From: Macrostomum lignano
Lineage: Eukaryota
Length of the DNA stretch: 64,000 nt
Direction of reading: 5' to 3'
NCBI GenBank assembly: GCA_002269645.1
Contig: NIVC01001518.1
Span: 124,001-188,000 of the forward strand
Shown here: one piece after another, positions 13,059 through 22,700 of the stretch
Position numbering within the stretch: position 1 is the stretch's first letter
How the letters are laid out: the number at the start of each line of letters is the position of its first letter
Notes under the pieces: generated by a model
The model's input: only the letters and a program-made list of their open reading frames with translations
The model's database searches: none
What the model was told of the DNA's origin: nothing
Made by a program: the position numbers and the translations under genes

Positions 13059-14198
13059 CTAGCCCTGAGCAGTAGAGGACCGCAGCAAGTATTTAACACC
13101 AAACCAGACACCTCCAAAGACAGCTGAACAAACAGCTAAATTAAGCACAGGCCCGACAATCTTGAGCCCGACAATTGTTTCTAAGAATCGTTTCGTATCG
13201 TTTAGATGAGGAAACGGTTCGTTCGAAGGCACGGGCAGCTCCAGGAACTTACACAACGGTTTCCAACCGTCTGACACTCGAAATATCAACAGTCTCTCCT
13301 TCGGTATGGTTCGAATCACTGTCTCATTGTGACGGTTGAATGCTTCGATCATTTCCGCATCAGACATGTCAAAATTGAAGCCCAAACGAGAGCCCAGCAC
13401 AGCGTCACTCAGAGGCAAGTAGTGAGACAGTCCCAGAAGCCATCGAAGCCAGTAGCATGTACTCAACTGTCAGTTTAGACTGCAGAATGGTAGCCCGGAC
13501 ACTTCTCACCCAATCAATTGGATCGCGAATGCTCAGTACAAACTTGGCGTCAGGATAAATCTGCATCAATTCTTTGTAGAAATGAGCAGCTGGAAAGTCT
13601 GTACAAGCCAGAAATGGCGTCAGGATAAATCTGCATCAATTCTTTGTAGAAATGAGCAGCTGGAAAGTCTGTACAAGCCAGAAATGGCGTCAGGATAAAT
13701 CTGCATCAATTCTTTGTAGAAATGAGCAGCTGGAAAGTCTGTACAAGCCAGAAATGGCGTCAGGATAAATCTGAATCAATTCTTTGTAGAAATGAGCAGC
13801 TGGAAAGTCTGTACAAGCCAGAAATGGCGTCAGGATAAATCTGCATCAATTCTTTGTAGAAATGAGCAGCTGGAAAGTCTGTACACGCCAGAAATGGCGT
13901 CAGGATAAATCTGCATCAATTCTTTGTAGAAATGAGCAGCTGGAAAGTCTGTACAAGCCAGAAAGTCGTCAAATATTTCCTCAGCCAATTCTTTGCTCAA
14001 GCCTTGGATAGCAGCTCGATGCCACAGCTGCAGATGTGACAGCTTCTCTTCCATCACAATGTCCATATGATAGCAGCGGCCGCCAAGCAGCATCTCCAGC
14101 GCCTTCATCTGCGAATTGGTGCCAGTTCGCATCAGGCCAGCGCCAATCACACGAAGACCAGCTGAAGATTTGTTTTTCCTACTAGCAGCAGAAGACAT
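13059..14198 (-). pseudogene. Sulfotransferase copy 6, disrupted by a 6x70-bp internal amplification and a second frameshift near 13470
   Basis: N-terminal ORF 13830-14198 stops inside the repeats. The KFVLSIRDPIDWVRSVRAT segment is out of frame with the C-terminal ORF 13059-13466. Confidence 0.8.
13545..13964. repeat. Intragenic tandem amplification, 6 x 70 bp
   Basis: The GGCGT of each unit starts at 13546, 13616, 13686, 13756, 13826 and 13896; one unit encodes FLACTDFPAAHFYKELMQIYPDA. Confidence 0.95.
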
Positions 14199-14704
14199 CA
14201 GTTTTGCCTGATTTAATGTTCTTTTTCAGAAACTGTAATTTGAGATTTTTTGTCGCTATTGGTGTTCAAATTTCACGTGAAGTTGGTGAATTTCGAATCG
14301 TGTTAGATGGGATCGCTCACTAAATTTCTCAGTACATAAATTATGCTTCAATTTCAAAACCCCTTTTCTGGATGGGGTATTACTTCAGAATTGAAACTTA
14401 ACAAAGTTATTGCTAATAACCTATAAAGAGTCTTGCAGAAGGCATAATATGGCAGAAATATTAGATATAATTGCTCTCAAATGAATATTTAATTTTGTTT
14501 TCTCTGTTATTCTGGAAAAAGTACGATATGGCTGCAACTACAAAAGTATCATCAACTAACTACTAACGAGTTTGTGTAGTACATGGATTGTAATAATTAA
14601 ATGCTACTCATTACCTTGTATATCATCAATAAATGCCTGTACAATGACTTGAACTGAGTATGGATAAACTATAATAAAAATTTCTATTTATTGGATAGAT
14701 AGAA

Positions 14705-14940
14705 ATTGACCCACTCGGAACAATTTATGTCCTTGAGCAAGACACTTAACTCTGCATTGCTTCAGTTCACTCAGCTGTAAAATGGGTGCAAAACTGGGCG
14801 ACCCCCCCCCAGTCCTTGGACTGACCAGCCGTACGCAGCCTTCAGATGCGCCGCGCAATAGCTGCGGCTGAGCTGTCGGTTGCAAACTTGCCCATCAAGA
14901 CAGGTGTAATCTGTTATTATTATAATTATAATTATAATTT
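14705..14940 (+). mobile_element. CORE-type SINE (head not recognisable)
   Basis: TGTCCTTGAGCAAGACACTTAAC...CAGCTGTAAAATGGG resembles the CORE/MIR central domain; ends in a (TTA)n-like tail. Confidence 0.6.
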
Positions 14941-15894
14941 TTATCTATTAGATTCTAAAAAATAGTAATAATAGCATCTAAAATCAGATTTCATCACTGA
15001 ATGTCTACTTCACGTGGACAGTGACCCTTAATTGGTTTTGAAGTTGTTATAGAAAAATTGGACAAGTGGATAAGTTATCTAATCTATCACTAAATCAATC
15101 AATCAAAATAAAGGAAAATAAGCGCAAGTCAAATAAAAGAGAAAACAGAAAAGTGATGCATATTTTTTTATTTTTAGATGCAAATAAACTACACCTAATT
15201 CTATAACATATATATATATATATATATTATCCAATGGGTAATTATACAATTATTACACAGGTAAAGACAGTCACGTGTTAGTAAATTCATAGCTCATCTA
15301 GTTTTGTTTTAAAGATAGAATAAGGAGAAACAGCAAAACACTTAGTCAAGATAGTAATATAGATATAGCCTAAACTAAGGTCGATTTTTTTACACAAGAA
15401 ATACTTTTGCCCCAAAATAAAAACTCTACTAATAGTAATGGTATCGCGTGTTACTATTCAAATTAAATTAATTCCTGTTACACGTAGATCGGGGGGGGAT
15501 TTCACAGCAGCCACTTGTCGACTGGCTCTCATGGACCAGCTGGGAACCAACAATCGAAATCCAGCGTTTGTTTTATTTTGAGTCGCCCCAGAGTAGTTTC
15601 GGAGTCGTTACAGGTAACATAGGTAAACTAGGAAAGAAGCGACTCTAGACGACTCTGGGGACCGTAAGGTCGGTATCGAAGGTGTGCCAGAGTCTATAAC
15701 AACTCTATTTAGAGTACAATTGGATTTAGTAGAAAGTTGAGCGCCAACCCAGACTTAAGCATCTGGGTTATTTATTATTTTTTTAAAATCTGAGACTACC
15801 TTTGCAGCTAAAACCAACAAAACACGCATGCTAAAGTCCACCCTAAAATATTGTTTTTAGTATCGTATTTTCAGTTTTAAAACTCATTTCAAGT

Positions 15895-18257
15895 TCAGTG
15901 CCGACCAGAAGCGGCTGCAGACTGGCTGCTTCCGGTTTTGGTGCTATTTTTAGCAGCAAATTCGGCCATTCTCCGCTCCAGTTCCGGCCGGAAGTGCCGG
16001 ATGAGGCCCTGGGCTGGCCAAGCGGCTCCGTCCCCAAGGGCGCAGATTGTGTGGCCTTCAATCTGCTTGGACACCTCCCACAGCAGGTCGATCTCCTCCG
16101 GGCGGGCGTCCCCGGTGACAAAGCGATTGGTTAATCGCATCATCCAGCCGGTGCCCTCCCGGCAGGGTGTGCACTGGCCGCAGCTCTCGTGCTTGTAGAA
16201 GTCCATCAGGCGGGCGATGCATTTCACAACATCAGCCTGCTTGTTCATCACGATTAGGGCGGCTGTGCCTGCGGGGGGGGGCAGTTCACGTTGGTTAGGA
16301 TTAGTGATAATTTTACAATGATGATTAGTGACGATTCTTAGGGTGGATTAGTGACGATTCTTAGGGTGGATTAGTGACGATTCTTAGGGTGGATTAGTGA
16401 CGATTCTTAGGGTGGATTAGTGACGATTCTTAGGGTGGATTAGTGACGATTCTTAGGGTGGATTAGTGACGATTCTTAGGGTGGATTAGTGACGATTCTT
16501 ATGGTGGATTAGTGACGATTCTTATGGTGGATTAGTGACGATTCTTATAAGGGGTGGATTAGTGACGATTCTTATAAGGGGTGGATTAGTGACGATTCTT
16601 ATAAAAGGCGGATTAATAACAATCCCGAGAGGTGGATTAACGACAATCCTGAGAAGCGGATTAACGACAATCCTGAGTGGCGGATTAACGACAATCCTGA
16701 GGCGGATTGGCGACAATCCTGAGAGGCGCCTCAAAGACGCACCAATGCACCGTGAACTCACCCAGAGCAGTCTGAGCCTGAACCAGCGAGTCGAAGTCCA
16801 TCAGCACAGTGTCGCACACATTCTTAGGAATCAGCGGAGTGGAGCTGCCGCCCGGGATCACGGCCAGCAGGTTGTCCCAGCCGCCAATGACGCCGCCGGC
16901 GTGCCGCTCGATCAGCTCCTTCATGGTGATGGACATCTCCTCCTCCACTGTGCAGGGATTGTTGACGTGCCCGGAGATGTTGAACAGTTTCGTGCCGCGG
17001 TTGCGGTCCCGGCCGAAGCTGGCGAACCAGGCGCCCCCGCGTCGGCAGACTGTTGGCGCAGCGGCGATGGTCTCGACGTTGTTCACCGTGGTCGGACAGC
17101 CGAACACGCCGACATCGGCTGGAAACGGCGGCTTCAGACGCGGCTTGCCGGCTTTGCCTTCCAGAGATTCAATCAGCGAAGTCTCCTCGCCGCAGATGTA
17201 GGCGCCGGCGCCGCGGTGCACGTAGATGTCGTAGTCATAGCCGCTGCCGCAGGCGTTCTTGCCGAGAAAGCCGGCGTCGTAGGCTTCGTTGATGGCGGCC
17301 TGGGGAAAAGGGGAAAGGTTGATACGGAAGAGTTGATAACTCCATCAATTCGTCTATTAATCAAACTATCAATTCATCTATTGATCAATCTATCAATTCA
17401 TCTATTAATCAATCTATCAATTCATCTATTAATCAATCTATCAATTCATCTATTAATCAATCTATCAATTCATCTATTGATCAATCTATCAATTCATCTA
17501 TTGATCAATCTATCAATTCGTCTTGATCAATCTATCAATCATCTATCGATGACTCTATCAATCATCCATCGATCAATCTATCAACCATCTATTGATCAAT
17601 GAATCAACTTATCTATTGATTAATCCATCAATTCCCCATTCCCATTATCAATTAAGCATCTATTGATGCACCAGTCTAATTACCTCTGTACATATCTGTA
17701 CCAATCAGTTAATTTACTAATATTCTCACCTGCAGAGTGCAGGCCTCCCTATAGAACTCGCCCCGAATGTAGATATAAGCCGCCCTGGCTCCCATAGCAA
17801 CGCCGGAAACGAGGCAGCCCTCAACCAGAGTGTGCGGATCGTGCCGCATGATCTCTCGATCTTTGCAGGTGCCAGGCTCTCCTTCATCAGCATTGACAAC
17901 CAGATACCTGGGCCGGCCATCGTCCGGCTTGTGCATAAACGACCATTTCAAACCGGTTGGAAAGCCGGCTCCGCCCCGGCCGCGCATGCCGCTAACCTTC
18001 ATCTCGTTAGTAATCCAGTCCCGGCCCTTCAGCACAATCTCTTTAGTCTTGTACCAGTGCCCGCGAGACATGGCCGCTTTCAGGCGCCAGTCGTGCCGAC
18101 CGTACAGATTAGTGAAGATTCGATCCTCGTCTTTCAGCGGACCGAACACCGTCTTCTCTTGCTTTGGCGGCGGAGGCGGTGCTGCCGCGCCTGCCGACAG
18201 CTGACGGAGAGGCAGGCGCATCAACGAAGATGAAGACGCTTGGAAGCTGCGAAGCAT
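15895..18257 (-). CDS. NDUFV1: NADH:ubiquinone oxidoreductase 51-kDa flavoprotein subunit, 3 exons, 479 aa
   Basis: Exons 18257-17730, 17299-16762 and 16268-15895 join in frame with GT-AG ends. Motifs [53 protein letters not shown]; presequence-like N-terminus. Confidence 0.97.
16325..16725. repeat. Minisatellite in NDUFV1 intron 2, 23-24-bp unit (TAGTGACGATTCTTAGGGTGGAT)
   Basis: Direct periodicity, drifting in sequence along the array. Confidence 0.9.
17340..17640. repeat. Minisatellite in NDUFV1 intron 1, 24-bp AT-rich unit (ATCAATTCATCTATTAATCAATCT)
   Basis: Direct periodicity. Confidence 0.9.
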
Positions 18258-18332
18258 GTTCTTGCTGTTGACTAAAGCACAATTTAACAATTAATTTCTT
18301 TTAAATATAGGCGATAACTCGCATAAATGAAG

Positions 18333-19000
18333 ACATTGTCAGGGTGGCGATTCTTCATGGCATTGTCAGGGTGGCGATTCTTAATGGCATTGTCAGAGGC
18401 GATTCTTAATGGCATTGTCAGGGGGGGGGGCGATTCTCAATGGCATTGTCAGGGTGGCGATTCTCAATGGCATTGTCAGGGTGGCGATTCTTAATGGCAT
18501 TGTCAGGGTGGCGATTCTTAATGGCATTGTCAGGGGGGCGATTCTTAATGGCATTGTCAGGGTGGCGATTCTTAATGGCATTGTCAGGGTGGCGATTCTT
18601 AATGGCATTGTCAGGGTGGCGATTCTTAATGGCATTGTCAGGGTGGCGATTCTTAATGGCATTGTCAGGGGGGGGGCGATTCTTAATGGCATTGTCAGGG
18701 TGGGGATTTTCAATGACATTGTCAGGGTGCCGATTCTCAATGGCATTGTCAGGGGGCGATTCTCAATGGCATTGTCAGGGTGGCGATTCTTAATGGCATT
18801 GTCAGGGTGGGGATTTTCAATGACATTGTCAGGGTGCCGATTCTCAATGGCATTGTCAGGGGGCGATTCTCAATGGCATTGTCAGGGTGGCGATTCTTAA
18901 TGGCATTGTCAGGGTGGCGATTCTTAATGGCATTGTCAGGGGCGATTCTCAATGGCATTGTCAGGGGGGCGATTCTTTATGGCATTGTCAGGGGCGATTC
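18333..19000. repeat. Minisatellite upstream of NDUFV1, 26-28-bp unit (ATTGTCAGGGTGGCGATTCTTAATGGC)
   Basis: Direct periodicity; starts ~75 bp upstream of the ATG. Confidence 0.95.
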
Positions 19001-19724
19001 CTAAATATAGAGCTATTTAGAGACTGTTTTGGGGGCGATTTCACAAGCCGAGGTGTAAACAAATCTTCAATTAAAAAACAAAAGAAACACGGGAATTTGA
19101 AACACAGATTAATAATGAAGGCTAAACTATAAAAGGTCAATAAGGTTGTAAATCATATCTTATCGCTTTTTTAGCATGAATACACAGCCAAAGGAGTGAA
19201 TTTACAGATTATATCATATCGTACAGAATTACAGGACATTAAAGTCCAAGCAATTCAATCATATCGTAACAGCTTTATTTACGCATGTATATATTGGTAA
19301 GAAATATATCAATAAATATGTTTGTATATAATATAATAAAACATGGGCAATAATAAAACTATGTAATTAATATTACATACAACGCAATCGGTCCAAGTGG
19401 AATGGAAGAGCTTAATTTAAAAAAAGGAATTGAAGCATTTTGGATTTGGTAAAAATTCGATGTAAAAAGGGCAGAGCTTTTTTATAATAACAAACTTGGT
19501 CGCGAATGAAACAACAGAAAAAACACAGTTTTACTGAATGAAACAGACAAATACTACTTGAAGTAGTGCTTTTTAGAGCCGCGTAGGAAAACACCGTTTC
19601 CAATGGTTTGTTAAAACGAAAACAAATTAAAAAACTAATAAACTTAAAAACACAAAAAAATGTTCCTGGAAGACACGTAAACACTGTAAAGGCTCATTCG
19701 CCTAAATATAACACCATAGTTTCC

Positions 19725-22700
19725 TCAGATCACTAAATAGTTGAGCATCTTCTGCGGATCCAAAGCCTCGTAGATGTAAAGCGGATCTCGATGACCGTTG
19801 CGTGATTTAACTGTAGCGCTGGCCCTGGCCAATTCGTCTTTGAATCTGAAAAAAAATTGGAGTAATATTGTTTTCATCTACTGTAAGTAGAAATATAAGT
19901 AAAAAGCAACTATAAAAATTCCAGACAGAAAATTTTACTTTTAACATTGTTTTCATCTACCGTAAGTAGAAATATAAGTAAAAAGCAACTATAAAAATTC
20001 CAGACAGAAAATTTTACTTTTAACATTGTTTTCATCTACCGTAAGTAGAAATATAAGTAAAAAGCAACTAAAAAAATTCCAGACAAAAAATTTTACTTTC
20101 AACATTGTTTTCGTCTACTGTAAGTAGAAATATAAGTAAAAAGAGGCGAAACTCTTACTCTTGCAGGATTTGCATAGAGGCCTGGTCGTGGCTATATTGT
20201 AGCTCGTATTCGCCAAGCGGCTGTTCACCTTTCTGTCGCTGGCAAAGACGGAACGATAGCACGGTGTCGATGAACTCGCGACGGCAGGGTAGCGATTGCA
20301 GACTGGCCTCAAGAGGCTGCTCTTCCTTTAGGTGGTAAAGCAGCATTGGAGTATTGAAGTATATGTTAGTTTAGTGGTAGTTCAGGAGTGATTGTAAGGG
20401 TAGTTCAGGGGTGATTGCAAGGGTAGTTCAGGAGTGATTGTAAAGGTAGTTCAGGGGTGATTGCAAGGGTAGTTCAGGGGTGATTGTAAGGGTAGTTCAG
20501 GGGTGATTGTAAAGGTAGTTCAGGGTGATTGTAAAGGTAGTTCAGGGGTGATTGTAAAGGTAGTTCAGGGGTGATTGCAAGGGTAGTTCAGGGGTGATTG
20601 TAAGGGTAGTTCAGGGGTGATTGTAAAGGTAGTTCAGGGTGATTGTAAAGGTAGTTCAGGGGTGATTGCAAGGGTAGTTCAGGGGTGATTGCAAGGGTAG
20701 TTCAGGGGTGATTGTAAAGGTAGTTCAGGGTGATTGTAAGGGTAGTTCAGGGGTGATTGTAAGGGTAGTTCAGGGGTGATTGTAAAGGTAGTTCAGGGTG
20801 ATTGTAAGGGTAGTTCAGGGGTGATTGTAAGGGTAGTTCAGGGGCAATTGTAAGAATAGTTCAGGCGGATTTTGAGAGTAGTTCAGGGGTGATTGTAAGG
20901 GTAGTTCAGGAGTGATTGTAAGGGAAGTTCAGGGTTACAGCAATACAGCAAGGGTAGTTCAGGGGTGATTGTATGGGTAGTTCAGGAGTGATTGTAAGGG
21001 TAGTTCAGGGGTGATTGTAAAGGTAGTTCAGGGTGATTGTAAGGGTAGTTCAGGAGTGATCGTGGGGGTAGTTCAGGGGTGATTGTAAGAGTAGTTCAGG
21101 GGTGATTGTAAGGGTAGTTCAGGGTTACAGCAATACAGCAAGGGTAGTTCAGGGGTGATTGTATGGGTAGTCAGGAGTGATTGTAAGGGTAGTTCAGGGG
21201 TGATTGTAAAGGTAGTTCAGGCGGATTTTAAGAGTAGTTCAGGGGCTATTATCAAAATTAGGTAAGGACAATTACTATATTATAGAGTTACAAATTCAGT
21301 GATTAGATTAATTGAAGACAGTTTCAACCCGACTATGATTGCAGATGATGAATGTATTGGGGAATTTCTAAAAACTCTCTAAGCATAATATAGCACATGT
21401 ACAAACGCAAACCTGCGGATCCTGAGGCAGGCAGCCGTGCAGAGCCAGAGGATAGTTAGGCGGAAAGCCGTACTCATCGAACTGGGGCTGCCAGGCAGCA
21501 GAGCCGTGCACGCAGATCATGTACATCAGATTAGTGAGCAGCGGGATCAGCTCGTCAACGTGTTGAATGCCGGATTTGCCAGGCAAGCCTTTCAATCCGA
21601 GGCCGCCCTTCTCTAACGGGTTGGTCATCTCCGCCCACCAGCCCTGCAGCTCGATGTCCTCCATCAGCTTGCGCTTCATCGCCTCCATGGGATTGGCGTA
21701 GTACAGACGGGCCGCCTTGTCGCAGTGGCCAGCGATGGCCTTGTAGATCAGCATGGCGTCCTCACTGCGGGGAGGGGAGTTCCGTGATGAGACTGATGAT
21801 CTTGGGGGGGGGGGGGAGGGGAGGCGGCTGGCCCAGCAACTGGATATTTGGGATGCTGGCCCAGCAACTGAATGTTTGGGAGGCTGGCCCAGCAACTGTG
21901 GATCTGGGAGGCTGGCCCAGCAACTGAATATTTGGGAGGCTGGCTCAGCAACTAAATATTTTGGAGGCTGGCCCAGCAACTGAATATTTGGGAGGCTGGC
22001 CCAGCAACTGCGGATCTGGGAGGCTGGCCCAGCAACTGCGGATCTGGGAGGCTGGCCCAGCAACTGCGGATATAGGAGGCTGGCCCAGCAACTGATTATT
22101 TGGGAGGCTGGCTCAGCAACTGAATATCTGGGAGGCTGGCCCAGCAACTGCGGATCTGGGAGGCTGGCCCAGCAACTGCGGATCTGGGAGGCTGGCCCAG
22201 CAACTGCGGATATAGGAGGCTGGCCCAGCAACTGAATATTTGGGAGGCTGGCTCAGCAACTGAATATTTGGGAGGCTGGCCCAGCAACTGCGGATCTGGG
22301 AGACTGGCCCAGCAACTGAAGATCTGGGAGGCTGGCCCAGCAACTGAGGATCTGGGAGGCGGGAACAACTATCAGTTATGATATTACAGTTTTTTAGCCC
22401 TAAATTAGCTATTTCCCTCAGGTTTGTCAACAAAAGTTATGTTATAGCTAAAAAGTGAGCCTTGCACTCACCGATAAGGGTAACCGGGCAGCACATTCGA
22501 ATCATACACGCCGCGGTTCTCCAGCTCTCTGTAGATGTTAATCTGCTGATCAAATCGCCAGGCTTTAAAAGCCTTCTTCAACAGCTGCCGGATGCCCTTC
22601 CTAGACAGCTGAATGTTCTGAGCAATCCAGCCGCTATCGCTGAAGAACCACTCCTTCAGCTTGGCATTGACAGCCAGCAGGTGACGGAAGTGCGGAGCTA

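Noticed and set aside
15895-18257. Bacterial nuoF or horizontal transfer
   Set aside because: It has spliceosomal introns, a mitochondrial presequence-like N-terminus and an animal-type sequence.
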